The notes: a model not told the origin generated them from the sequence alone. A DNA stretch of 64,000 nt from Planctomycetota bacterium (GCA_038060895.1 JBBTCT010000012.1:41699-105698), one strand, 5' to 3'; positions 21,451 through 31,225 are shown, numbered from the stretch's first letter. Numbers and translations: made by a program.

Positions 21451-22428
21451 TCAACGCACGATCGCCGCAACCAGGAGGAAGTAGATGAGAATGCTCAGGA
21501 TGTCCTGAATGACGGTCGCGAAGGGACCCGAGCCGTACGCGGGGTCGCGGCCGGCTTTCGCGAGTCCCCACGGGAGGAGGAGTCCGACCGACGCTGCGAC
21601 GGTGCTGGCGCACGCGAGGCTCAGGGAAACGGCGGCGGCAAGCCGGAGATCTTTCCACAGCATCGCCACGAGGCCGAAGGCCAGGCCGCCGAGGACCGCC
21701 CCGATGATGGCGCCGGACATGATTTCGCCCATGAGCAGGCGGCGGAGCCCGATTCGCGAAAGCGACAACCCGCGCACCGCAATCGCCTCGGCCTGCGTCC
21801 CGATCGCATCCGCGAGGTAGACGATCGCGGGGACGAAAAAGGCGATGACGACGCGCGTATCCAGGGTTTTCTCAAAGCGCGACATCACGAAGGTCGCCAG
21901 GACGCTCCCGGCGAAACCGACGAGAAGCCACGGCAGGCGGTGCCAGACTTGCCGGGTCGGAGGCTCTTCCAGCGCATCCCTGGCATGCATGACTTCCCTG
22001 TTGATGCCGGCGAGCCTGTGCAGGTCTTCCGCGTGCTCGCGGTAGAGAATCTCCATCAGCGTGCCGGCGGGCACGACTCCGGCGAGACGGCCGTCAGGTT
22101 CGAGAACGGGAGTCGAAGCCAGGCCGTGGCGAAGAGCGGCGTGGGCCAGGCGCTCCTGGTCGGTGCCACGCCCCGCCTTGGGGATGTCGCGGGTCATGAG
22201 GTCGGAGATTCGGGTCCCTGCCCGGGCAGAGAGAAGGGTGTGCATCGGCACGACACCCTCAAGCAGGTCGCCGGTGCTGACGACGTAAACGGCGTCGGCC
22301 AGTTCCCACGAGCCTCCTGCCAGCCGATGCGCAACGGCGAGGGCGTCTTCGGTCCCGGCCGCCCTGGGGACGGAAGTCACCATGTGGGACTCGGCGCGTT
22401 CCCGGCGCAAAACGTGATTCGGGGTCAA
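21451..22428 (-). CDS. mgtE: Magnesium transporter MgtE (CBS pair plus TM domain, no N domain)
   Basis: CBS pair, RLPWLLVG, GTQ, DPAYGSGPFATVIQD. Confidence 0.9.
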   Translation of the reverse strand: MTPNHVLRRERAESHMVTSVPRAAGTEDALAVAHRLAGGSWELADAVYVVSTGDLLEGVVPMHTLLSARAGTRISDLMTRDIPKAGRGTDQERLAHAALRHGLASTPVLEPDGRLAGVVPAGTLMEILYREHAEDLHRLAGINREVMHARDALEEPPTRQVWHRLPWLLVGFAGSVLATFVMSRFEKTLDTRVVIAFFVPAIVYLADAIGTQAEAIAVRGLSLSRIGLRRLLMGEIMSGAIIGAVLGGLAFGLVAMLWKDLRLAAAVSLSLACASTVAASVGLLLPWGLAKAGRDPAYGSGPFATVIQDILSILIYFLLVAAIVR

Positions 22429-22528
22429 GGGTCGGCTCCCAGAGAGGAAAGTGGAAAGCAGAGTATCCGCGCGGATACGGCAGGGACGTGAAGGATTCGC
22501 TTCCTCGCGGATTCCCCCCGGGCGCGCG

Positions 22529-22544
22529 CGGCACGTCCGTTGCG
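22529..22544 (+). promoter_or_regulatory. sigma54 (-24/-12) promoter of the VIT-vWA gene
   Basis: cGGCACgtccgTTGCg: GG 22530-31 and GC 22542-43 with the canonical 10-nt spacing; predicted +1 about 22555, two nt before ATG 22557. Confidence 0.7.
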
Positions 22545-22556
22545 TTCCGGCACTTC

Positions 22557-24686
22557 ATGCGAAACCACACCCTCATCCTGTTGGCTGCCGTTGCCGCCTC
22601 CCTCCTCTTCCCGCGCACCGCCCATTCCTGATGGGTCTACACGGAGCGACCCGGGGAGGTCGAGTTGCGCGAGACGCACGCGAAGATGTCGATCCGGGAG
22701 GACGTTGCGGAGAAGAGGCTCCGGATGAAGTTTCACAACACGGGGAGCGGGGCGAACACGGAAGCGACGTTCTTCATGGAGCTGGAGCCGGACCAGCGGG
22801 TGGAGAGCTTTTCGGTGACGATCGACGGGAAAACGGCCGAGGGAGAGATCCTGGACGCGGAAAAAGCGCGCAAAATCTACGAGGGAATCGTCGCGAAGCA
22901 GAAGGACCCGGCGCTTCTCGAGTATTACGGAGCGCGTCTCCTGCGTGTACGCATCTTTCCTGTCCCTGCGAACGCGGACTTCGAGGTCGAGATCAGGACG
23001 ATCGAAGCGCTGCGGTCCCAGGGCGGCCTGGTGCGCGTGAACACGCTCAACGCGGTTCCGGCTTCGTTCCGCAAGCCGCTGAAAACGATGACGGTCGAAG
23101 CGACGATCGAGTCTTCGAAGCCGCTGAAGGCGGTTTTCTCGCCGACGCACGACATCGTGGCCGCGCGCACGGGGCCGCGCGCGATGAAGCTGACCTACTC
23201 GCGGCAGGACTACTTTCCCGCGGGGCCGTTCGTCTTCTATTACCAGGCGAGCGAGGAAGCGTTCGGCGCGGCGGTGCTGGCGTTCGAGGAGCCTGGCGAG
23301 GATGGCGCGTTCATGATCACGATCGCGCCTCCCGCCGACGGAACGGCCGGCGAGCGCCTTCCGCGCGACATCGTCTTCGCGCTCGACACGTCGGGGAGCA
23401 TGCTGCAGGGCGACAAGATCGGGCAGGTGCGCAAAGCCCTCGCGGCCTTCGTCGAGACGCTGACCGACAAGGACCGCTTCAATATCATCACGTTCTCCAC
23501 GGAAGCCCGGGCCTGGCGCGAATCCCTGGTGACGGCGACTGCGGAAGCAAAAGCGGCCGGCGTCTCGGCGGCCAACTCGCTCAACGCGCGCGGCGGAGCG
23601 GCGATCGAGGACGCGCTCAAGCTGGCGCTCGCGCAATCGTTCCGGCCTGACGCGACGAAGATCGTGGTCTTCCTGACAGACGGCACGCCGACCATCGGCG
23701 AGCGGGACGACGAAGCGCTCCTGAAGATCGCCCGCGGGCGCGGCGTCCGCGTCTTCGCCTTCGGCGCGGGATTCGACCTGAACACTCGCCTCCTTGACCG
23801 CCTCGCGATCGAGAACGGAGGCGACCGGCAGTACATCCATCCCAACGAGAATGCAACCGAGGTCCTTGCCAGCTTCGCAAAACGAATCGATGCGCCGCTT
23901 CTGGCCGACCCCGTTCTGAAATTTGCGGGCGTCGAAGGAAGCGCGGAAGTGACCGACGTGCAGCCGAAGAAGCTCCCCGATATTTTCCAGGGTGGCTCGG
24001 TCGTGGTCACAGGACGCTTCAAGGGAAAAGGGGCGCGTCGGATCGAGCTGAGCGGAACGGCGGGTCGGGAGACCCGGTCCGTGTCCTACACGCTCGATTT
24101 CGCTTCCGAACCGCGAAACGACTTCGTGCCGCGCCTGTGGGCGATCCAGCGGATCGACTTCCTGCTCGACGAAATCCGGACAAGGGGCGCTTCGAAGGAA
24201 CTTGCCGAGGAGATCGTGCGTCTCTCGAAGAGATACGGGGTCGTCACGCCGTACACGGCGGGGCTGATCACGGAGGATGTTCCGGTGACGGCGGCGGGGA
24301 TCGAGAGGCGTGTGGGGCAGTCGGCCGGCGCGAACTACAACGGGCAGCAGGAGTGGGAGCTGGGGCGCAACCAGCAGGAGTGGCGTGGAGCGTACAACCA
24401 GGAGCGGCAGCAGCTGGCCGCCAACGGAGCGCTGGGCCGCGGGAACGACGCGAACGCGCAGGCCGAGCTGATGAACCGGCAGCGCAACGTGGGCAACCGG
24501 GCGTTCTACAACCGGGGCGGGGCGTGGCAGGAGAGCGGCTACGAGGCGCAGGTCGCGCGGACGCTGAAGTTCGGGACGGAGGAGTACTTCGAATTCCTGA
24601 GAAACAACGACGGCGCAGGCGCTGTGCTCGCGCTCGGTCGCAACATTACGTTCAGGCTCGGGTCCGAATGGATCCGGGTCGAGTGA
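22557..24686 (+). CDS. Secreted VIT + vWA domain protein (ITIH-like) with in-frame TGA at codon 25; candidate selenoprotein
   Basis: ATG 22557 gives signal peptide MRNHTLILLAAVAASLLFPRTAHS, then TGA, then WVYTERPGEVEL in frame with the 22665 ORF; VIT (DPALLEY) and vWA (DTSGS, LTDG) motifs are intact. The CDS is well supported; the Sec reading is inference. Confidence 0.8.
22632..22678 (+). promoter_or_regulatory. Candidate bacterial SECIS hairpin
   Basis: Upper stem CGACC/GGTCG (22647-51/22658-62), loop CGGGGA starting 21 nt after the UGA, possible lower pairing GTCT/AGAC. Confidence 0.5.
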
Positions 24687-24697
24687 GGAGAAGAGTC

Positions 24698-25804
24698 ATG
24701 AAAAGGTTCCTGGCAGTGGCACTGGCGCTCGCGGCGGCCATCCCGGCGCGCGCCGAAGAGAAGGTCAAGCTCGGCGAAGTCGACGTCGTTTTCTGCATCG
24801 ACAGGTCCGGCAGCATGGACCAGGTGATCGACACGGCAAAACAGAAGATCTGGGGGATCGTCAACGACATCGCGAAAGTCCGGCCGACGCCAGTGCTCCG
24901 CATCGGGCTCATCGGTTACGGCTCGGGCAACACCGATTTCCGCTTCTTCGACCTGACCGATGACCTCGACACCGTCTATTCCAATCTCATGACGTTCAGG
25001 ACGGACATGGGCGGCGACGAATGGGTCGGCGCTGTGATCCAGAAGGCGACGAAAGAAATGAAGTGGAGCAAGAACAAGGAGGCGCTTCGCATGATCTTCG
25101 CCGTCGGAAACGAGACGGCGATGCAGGGGCGCGAGGATCTGCTCTATCCGAAGACGGTTCCCGAAGCGATCAAGGCTGACATCGTCGTGAACGCCATCTA
25201 CTGCGGACAACCGAATGCCGACGAAGAGCGGACATGGCGCGAGGTCGCGAAGCTCGCCGACGGCTCTTACACGGTCATCGACATCACCGGCGGCGCGATC
25301 ACGATCGCAACGCCGATGGACGAGGAGATGTCGAAGCTCAACGAGGCGCTCAACAAGACGTACATCGCCTACGGCCACAAGGGCAAAGACGGGCTCAGAC
25401 AGCAGGAAGAACAGGACAGAAACTCCTCGGATAACGGCGGCGCTTCCAATGGCGCCCAGCGTGCCGAGGCGAAGTCATCCGGGGTCTACAACAACTCGAG
25501 CTGGGACATGGTGGATGCGTGCAAGGGCAAAGACTTCAAGATCGAGGACGTCAAGGACGAAGACCTGCCCGAGAACATGCGGAAGATGACGCTCGACGAG
25601 AAAAAGGCCTACATCGCCACCATGAAGGCCGAGCGCGAGAAGATCCAGAAGGAAGTCCAGGCGAAGGCGGTCGAGCGGCAGAAGTACATCGACGCCGAGA
25701 TCAAGAGCAAGGGGCTGACGCAGGACAAGGCGTTCGACGAGGCCGTGCGCAAGATGGTGCGGGAGCAGGCGGAGAAGAAGGGGTTTGAAGTGGGTAAGGA
25801 GTAA
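24698..25804 (+). CDS. Secreted vWA domain protein, paralog 1
   Basis: Signal peptide ARA-EE; MIDAS DRSGS; C-terminal coiled coil; GAGGAG RBS. Confidence 0.9.
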   Translation: MKRFLAVALALAAAIPARAEEKVKLGEVDVVFCIDRSGSMDQVIDTAKQKIWGIVNDIAKVRPTPVLRIGLIGYGSGNTDFRFFDLTDDLDTVYSNLMTFRTDMGGDEWVGAVIQKATKEMKWSKNKEALRMIFAVGNETAMQGREDLLYPKTVPEAIKADIVVNAIYCGQPNADEERTWREVAKLADGSYTVIDITGGAITIATPMDEEMSKLNEALNKTYIAYGHKGKDGLRQQEEQDRNSSDNGGASNGAQRAEAKSSGVYNNSSWDMVDACKGKDFKIEDVKDEDLPENMRKMTLDEKKAYIATMKAEREKIQKEVQAKAVERQKYIDAEIKSKGLTQDKAFDEAVRKMVREQAEKKGFEVGKE

Positions 25805-25840
25805 GGGCAGTGGGTAGGTGGTAGTCGGTAGTGGGCAGCA
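25805..25840 (+). repeat. 7-nt tandem unit (GGTAGTG-like), single arm
   Basis: gggcagtgggtaggtggtagtcggtagtgggcagca; the same unit occurs reversed at 31226-31280. Confidence 0.6.
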
Positions 25841-25845
25841 CACTT

Positions 25846-25880
25846 CGGGCGCGGGTTTTCTACCGCGCCCGTTTTTGTTT
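25846..25880 (+). terminator. Intrinsic terminator
   Basis: cgggcgcgg/ccgcgcccg stem followed by TTTTTGTTT. Confidence 0.75.
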
Positions 25881-25889
25881 GATCCCGGT

Positions 25890-25917
25890 GGAACTCTCAT
25901 CGGCGAACGTGCGTCTC
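25890..25917 (+). promoter_or_regulatory. Possible ECF-sigma promoter of vWA paralog 2
   Basis: GGAACT-N16-CGTCT, downstream of the terminator and upstream of ATG 25978. Confidence 0.4.
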
Positions 25918-25977
25918 AGTTGCAGACGCGACGTGGTGACGCCGCGCAAAACTTCCGACGTCCAGAGGAGAATTGCC

Positions 25978-27090
25978 ATGAAGACGAAGATGTTTGCAGC
26001 CATCGCCCTTGCGCTCGCGGCCGGACTTCCGGCCCGTGCCGAAGAGGAAAAGAAACCTGGCGAGGTCGACGTGGTCATCTGCATCGACCGCTCCGGAAGC
26101 ATGCAGCAGGTCATCGACACGGCCAAGCAGAAGGTCTGGTCGATCGTCAACGACATCGCCAAGGTCCGGCCGACGCCCGTGCTGCGGATCGGCCTCGTTG
26201 GGTACGGCTCCGGCGACCGCGAGTTCCGCTTCTTCGACCTCACCGACGACCTCGACACCGTTTACAAGAACCTCATGACCTTCAAGACGGACATGGGCGG
26301 CGACGAGTGGGTCGGCGCCACGGTCCGCAAGGCCACGAAGGACATGACGTGGAGCAAGAACAAGGAAGCGCTTCGGGTGATCTTCATGGTCGGCAACGAG
26401 ACCGCGCACCAGGGAACGGAAGAGAACATGTACACGAAGACGGTCCCGGAGGCGATCAAGGCGGACATCATCGTGAACGCGATCTACTGCGGGAAGCCGA
26501 ACGCGGATGAGGAGCGGACGTGGCGCGAGGTGGCGAAGCTCGCCGACGGCTCCTTCACGACGATCGACATCTCCGGCGGCGCAGTCGCGATCGCGACGCC
26601 GATGGACGCCGACATGGCGAAGATGAACGAGGAGCTGAACAAGACCTACGTCGCGTTCGGCGAACGCGGCCGAGAGAAGAAGGACAACCAGAAGGCGCAG
26701 GACGCTGCGGCGGGCGAAGCGGGCGGTGGCGGCGTGGTCGCCGAGCGCGCGGCCGCGAAGGCCTCGGGCGCCTACAACAACAGCGGCTGGGACCTCGTGG
26801 ACGCGTCGAAGAACAAGGACTTCAAGCTCGAGGACGTGAAGGACGAAAACCTTCCCGAGGAGATGCGCAAGATGTCCCTCGAGGAGAAGAAGGCTCACGT
26901 CGCGAAGATGGCCGCCGAGCGCGAGAAGATCCAGAAGGAGCTGCAGGCCAAGGCCGCCGAGCGCGCGAAGTTCATCGAGGACGAAATGAAAAAGCAGGGC
27001 CTGAACCAGGACAAGGCGTTCGACGAAGCCATGCGCAAGATGATCCGCGAGCAGGCGGCGAAGAAGGGGATGGAGATCGGTAAGGAGTAG
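25978..27090 (+). CDS. Secreted vWA domain protein, paralog 2
   Basis: Signal peptide ARA-EE; DRSGS MIDAS; colinear with and highly similar to 24698-25804; GAGGAG RBS. Confidence 0.9.
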   Translation: MKTKMFAAIALALAAGLPARAEEEKKPGEVDVVICIDRSGSMQQVIDTAKQKVWSIVNDIAKVRPTPVLRIGLVGYGSGDREFRFFDLTDDLDTVYKNLMTFKTDMGGDEWVGATVRKATKDMTWSKNKEALRVIFMVGNETAHQGTEENMYTKTVPEAIKADIIVNAIYCGKPNADEERTWREVAKLADGSFTTIDISGGAVAIATPMDADMAKMNEELNKTYVAFGERGREKKDNQKAQDAAAGEAGGGGVVAERAAAKASGAYNNSGWDLVDASKNKDFKLEDVKDENLPEEMRKMSLEEKKAHVAKMAAEREKIQKELQAKAAERAKFIEDEMKKQGLNQDKAFDEAMRKMIREQAAKKGMEIGKE

Positions 27091-27120
27091 GAACCGTCGG
27101 AAGTCGAGAAAACCAGGAAT

Positions 27121-27157
27121 CGGGCGCGGAGATTATCCTCCGCGCCCGCCTTGTTTT
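27121..27157 (+). terminator. Intrinsic terminator, similar to the one after paralog 1
   Basis: cgggcgcggag/ctccgcgcccg stem followed by TTGTTTT. Confidence 0.7.
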
Positions 27158-27172
27158 CGGACCGCCGCGCGT

Positions 27173-27823
27173 TCAATGTGTGACGGCGGCCCTCCGCGGG
27201 CCCTTGCGTCCCGTCTCCCTGCGCAGCAGCCGGAACGCTGCGTTCCGCGGAATGCGCTTCCATCCCCGGAGGTTCCGCCCCACGCCCGAAATCCGGGGGT
27301 GCGTCATGAGGCAGACGACCTCATCTGCCAGCGGTTGCAGAAGCTCGACGGCCCGGTCGGTCCCGGCCATCGCGACGGCAACGAGCCGCACCGCGCCGCG
27401 GTCACGCAGACTGGTCAAGGCAGCCCGCATACGGGCGCCTGAAGAGACGACGTCCGCGACGACGATGACGACCCTCCCCAGCACTTCGGGAAGAGCGCAC
27501 CCGGGCAGGAACTGGACCCGCTGCGCCAGCATGTAGGACAGGCACTGGACGATCCGGCCGGCGAATTCTTGCTCCGCCCCGTCGTCCGCGCTTCCGGAAT
27601 CGAGCACGATCTCGCCGGTCTCAGCGACGGCACCGCGATAGCCGCCAGAGACAAGGCTCTCGGCCTGGACGATGTCGAACCCGCCGCCGAGCCACTGCGC
27701 GATGGCTTGGGCAATCGGGACGCCCCCCGGCGTAAGCCCGAGAACGATCGGATGCTCCGCCCGGTATTTCGCCAGCCGGACGCCGAGGGCACGGCCGATT
27801 TCTTCGACGTGGCGGGTGTCCAT
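27173..27823 (-). CDS. Phosphoribosyltransferase-like protein with degenerate PRPP motif
   Basis: PIVLGL..GGVPIA, GAVAE, ADEVVCL family motifs; VIVVADVVSSGA in place of VxxVDDGxATG. Confidence 0.75.
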   Translation of the reverse strand: MDTRHVEEIGRALGVRLAKYRAEHPIVLGLTPGGVPIAQAIAQWLGGGFDIVQAESLVSGGYRGAVAETGEIVLDSGSADDGAEQEFAGRIVQCLSYMLAQRVQFLPGCALPEVLGRVVIVVADVVSSGARMRAALTSLRDRGAVRLVAVAMAGTDRAVELLQPLADEVVCLMTHPRISGVGRNLRGWKRIPRNAAFRLLRRETGRKGPRRAAVTH

Positions 27824-27868
27824 GAGGGATGCCTTTCGAAAAGCGAGGGAAGCGGGCGCAACGTTCTT

Positions 27869-27884
27869 TGCAAGCCTGATGCCG
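27869..27884 (-). promoter_or_regulatory. sigma54 promoter for the PRT-like gene
   Basis: Minus strand cGGCATcaggcTTGCa with GG-N10-GC spacing, about 45 nt upstream of the start. Confidence 0.55.
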
Positions 27885-28148
27885 AGTGCATCGCCGGAGG
27901 CAAGCCCGGAACCTGCGTGAAATTCCCCGCGTGCCGGGCGGATTCTCCCGCCGGGAAAGTCATGGTGCACCACGAGCGTTTGCTTCTTGCGAAGACCCTG
28001 CAAAGGTCTGCCGAATTCGGACGCGTCATTTCAGCCGCGACCCTGCGCTGGATTTGCCGCCTGTTGACCCGAAGTTCATGCAAGCCGAACAGTCGTGTCG
28101 CAGACTTCCCTCGAAACGAATCGGAGACCCCACGTGGGCAACAGACTC

Positions 28149-30035
28149 ATGGAAGAAGAACTGGCCGTGTCCACATCGCATCCTGAACCCGCCGAGATCG
28201 CCACCCTCCTCAACGACCTCGAGCGGACCCGACTGGAACTGGTCGACCTGGAAATCCGTGAGAAGAACCTAGTCGAGGAAGTGCATCCCGCCCACCGGCG
28301 CTCGGCCAGGAACCTGCTTCACTATCTCGGGTTCCGTCGCCGGGACGCCCGACACTTCCAGCCGCGGCTGGCCGAACTCGGGCTGTCGTCGCTGGGGAGG
28401 GCGGAAGCGCACGTCCTGGCGACGATCGACGCGGTCCTTGCAAACCTGCACCGGCTCGCCGGCTCCGTGTCGTGCCCCTCGGCACCGCCTTCGACGCCCG
28501 TCGGGTACCGGGAAGGGACAGCCCTTCTGGAATTGCACGCGGATCAACTCTTCGGCCCCTGCGCCGGGCGCACGGTGCGGATCATGGTGACGATGCCCTC
28601 GGAAGCGGCGGAGGACTACCCTCTTGTGCGCGACCTGGTCGCGGGCGGGATGGACGTCATGCGGATCAATTGCGCGCACGATGGACCGAGGGAATGGGAA
28701 CGGATGGTGGTCCATCTTCACCGCGCGCGTCGCGAACTCGGTCGCGTTTGCCGCATCCTCATGGACCTGGGCGGCCCGAAACTGCGCACGGGGTCGATCG
28801 CGCGTGGGCCTGAGGTTCTCAAGTGGCGCCCGCAGCGCGATGTCTTCGGGCGCGTGACCATGCCCGCGCGCGTATGGCTCACCTCCCAGGAAGCACCCGC
28901 GCCCCCCCTGCCGGGCACGGACGCGACGCTTCCGGTACCGGCCGATTGGCTCAAGACCCTCAAGAAGGGCAACCGGGTGACCTTCAAGGACGCGCGTGGC
29001 GCGAGCCGCGCCCTGAGAATCGTGTCGGAGGTCGGCGAAGGCCGCTGGGCGGAATGCGGTGAGACGGCCTACGTGGTGTCGGGCACCCAGCTGAAAATCG
29101 CGAGCGGGAAGCGCGGCGGCGAAGCGGCGGTTGGCCGCCTCCCGGCAGTTGAGCAGGCGCTTCAACTCCGCCGTGGCGACACCCTGGTCGTCACCCGGCG
29201 GGATGACCCGGGGCTGCCTGCCGAACGCGACGCGCGCGGCGTGCTGGTCAGCCCGGCGACGATCTCCTGCACTCTTCCCGAGGTCTTCGCCGACGTGCGG
29301 CCCGGGGAACGGATCTGGTTCGACGACGGGCGGATCGGAGGCATCGTGAGATTCGTGAACTCCGACCAGATGCACGTCGAGATCGTCCAGGCGCGCCTGC
29401 GCGGCGAGACGCTGAAAGCGGACAAGGGGATCAACCTGCCCGACAGCACGCTCCGCCTGCCCTCCCTCACGGCACGCGATATCGAGGACCTCCCGTTCGT
29501 CGCCCGCCGCGCGGACATGGTGGGCTATTCCTTCGTTCGGGAACCGTCGGACGTGGCGACCCTTCAGGAGCACCTCGCGAAAGCCGGCGGCGAGAATCTC
29601 GGCCTCGTCCTCAAGATCGAGACCCGCGCGGCCTTCGAGAAACTCCCCCACCTGCTCCTTGCCGCCATGCGCAGTCCCAGCGTCGCCGTCATGATCGCCC
29701 GCGGCGACCTCGCCGTGGAAATGGGGTACGAGCGGCTGGCGGAGGTGCAGGAAGAGATCCTCTGGATCTGCGAGGCCGCGCACGTCCCCGTCATCTGGGC
29801 GACGCAGGTCCTTGAGTCGCTCGCAAAGGACGGCGTCCCCTCACGTGCCGAGATCACCGACGCCGCCATGGGGGAGCGCGCCGAGTGCGTCATGCTCAAC
29901 AAGGGCGCCCACGTGCTCGAGGCGCTTCGCGTCCTCAACGACATCCTCCTGCGCATGCAGGGGCACCTGAACAAGAAGAGCCCGGTGCTGCGTCAGCTCC
30001 GGCTTGCCCGGGACGTCCTGGCGACAAAGGAATGA
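28149..30035 (+). CDS. pyk: Pyruvate kinase (long variant)
   Basis: RINCAH, DLGGPKLRTG, KGINLP, LKIET, ARGDL, WATQVLE, SRAEITD, CVMLNKG; start ATG 28149 or GTG 28167. Confidence 0.92.
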   Translation: MEEELAVSTSHPEPAEIATLLNDLERTRLELVDLEIREKNLVEEVHPAHRRSARNLLHYLGFRRRDARHFQPRLAELGLSSLGRAEAHVLATIDAVLANLHRLAGSVSCPSAPPSTPVGYREGTALLELHADQLFGPCAGRTVRIMVTMPSEAAEDYPLVRDLVAGGMDVMRINCAHDGPREWERMVVHLHRARRELGRVCRILMDLGGPKLRTGSIARGPEVLKWRPQRDVFGRVTMPARVWLTSQEAPAPPLPGTDATLPVPADWLKTLKKGNRVTFKDARGASRALRIVSEVGEGRWAECGETAYVVSGTQLKIASGKRGGEAAVGRLPAVEQALQLRRGDTLVVTRRDDPGLPAERDARGVLVSPATISCTLPEVFADVRPGERIWFDDGRIGGIVRFVNSDQMHVEIVQARLRGETLKADKGINLPDSTLRLPSLTARDIEDLPFVARRADMVGYSFVREPSDVATLQEHLAKAGGENLGLVLKIETRAAFEKLPHLLLAAMRSPSVAVMIARGDLAVEMGYERLAEVQEEILWICEAAHVPVIWATQVLESLAKDGVPSRAEITDAAMGERAECVMLNKGAHVLEALRVLNDILLRMQGHLNKKSPVLRQLRLARDVLATKE

Positions 30036-30126
30036 CGCCCATGAGCGGACGCGAGGAGTTCCTCCAGGAACGGCTGGTCGGAAGAGGCGGCGGTACGCGA
30101 CGAAAGCACGCTTGCGGCAGGCAGGG

Positions 30127-31188
30127 CTATTCCTTCACCTGGTAGTCGTAAACCTGCGCCCACTCCTTCAGCGCTTTTGCCTGTGCGTCGGTCATCCGGA
30201 CCGTCTCGCCGATCCGCTTCTGCATCTCCATCGACAGCGCCAGCTTCGCCGCGATGTCGTCGTAAGGCTCCCCCGCCTGCTTCTTCAGCGCCGCTTCCTT
30301 CGCGATCGCCTCGTAGGAGCGCATGTAGTCGTCGATGGCCGGCGAGAGCGACGTCATCTGGTTCCCGTCGAACCCGAGCGACTTCGCCATGTTGTTCGAG
30401 ATGTTCGTCTTGCAGGCCGCCCGCGGGCCGGCGCCGTTCCAGACGCCCTGGTACGGGGCGTTCGGCGGCGGGAGGTTCAGGGAAGCGATGTACGCCCGCT
30501 GTTCCTCGCTGCCGATCTGCCCGAGACCCCCGAACATCTCGAACTGGAGGTCGCGAAGCGCGGCGGCGCGCTCGAGCGGCGACATGGCCTCGCGCCCCGC
30601 CATGTACGCGTCCCAGTCCTCGCGTGATCCTGCGAGGACCTTGTCGAACGCGGCGCGCTGCTGCTCCGACATCGGGAACGGAGACGAGTCGAGCATGGAC
30701 TGCGCGAACATCGGGTACCAGTCCGGCGACATCGCCGCTTCCTGGATCGGAATTCCCAGGTCGTCCGCCACCAGCCCGATCAGCGCGAGCAGCGGCCCGA
30801 AGTACTTGTCGCCCTTGATCGGCGTTCCGGAAGCGTCGGCGTCCTTCCTGGCCTGCGCGATGAGCGAAGCCAGTTCCTTCCACTTCGCGGCGCGGTCCGG
30901 GCGCGACCTTGAACCACCGCCCGCCAGTTTCTTCGCCTCGGCAAGCTGCAACTTCAATTCCGCAACCTCGGCGCGCAGCTTTTCCGACTCGGCGCGCGCG
31001 GAGGCAATCTCGTTGGAAGCGGCCTCTCTGGTGCCTTCGCCCGAAGTGCTCGCGCCTTTTTCCCCGGCCCTTTCTCGAGTGCCTGCCCCGCCGTCGGCGC
31101 TCCCGCCGTCCCGGGACAGGAGCAGCTTGAACGCGATCCCGGCGAGGAGAGCGCCGGCGAGGAATCCGATGAGGAGGCCGCGAGCCAT
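30127..31188 (-). CDS. Hypothetical single-pass membrane protein with coiled coil
   Basis: N-terminal TM, coiled coil, normal codon usage; TAGAAT 6 nt upstream of ATG. Confidence 0.75.
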   Translation of the reverse strand: MARGLLIGFLAGALLAGIAFKLLLSRDGGSADGGAGTRERAGEKGASTSGEGTREAASNEIASARAESEKLRAEVAELKLQLAEAKKLAGGGSRSRPDRAAKWKELASLIAQARKDADASGTPIKGDKYFGPLLALIGLVADDLGIPIQEAAMSPDWYPMFAQSMLDSSPFPMSEQQRAAFDKVLAGSREDWDAYMAGREAMSPLERAAALRDLQFEMFGGLGQIGSEEQRAYIASLNLPPPNAPYQGVWNGAGPRAACKTNISNNMAKSLGFDGNQMTSLSPAIDDYMRSYEAIAKEAALKKQAGEPYDDIAAKLALSMEMQKRIGETVRMTDAQAKALKEWAQVYDYQVKE

Positions 31189-31225
31189 GCGCGGATTCTA
31201 TCCGCGAGTCGCTTTCGATGCCGTT

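Noticed and set aside
22631-23650. Re-initiation at the ATG overlapping the TGA (TGATG) as the explanation of the 22629 stop
   Set aside because: That ATG is in a different frame and gives an Arg/Gly-rich shadow ORF; the VIT-vWA domains are in the frame of ATG 22557.
30041-30145. Short ORF MSGREEFLQERL... after pyk
   Set aside because: 34 aa, overlaps the convergent gene, no RBS or motif support.
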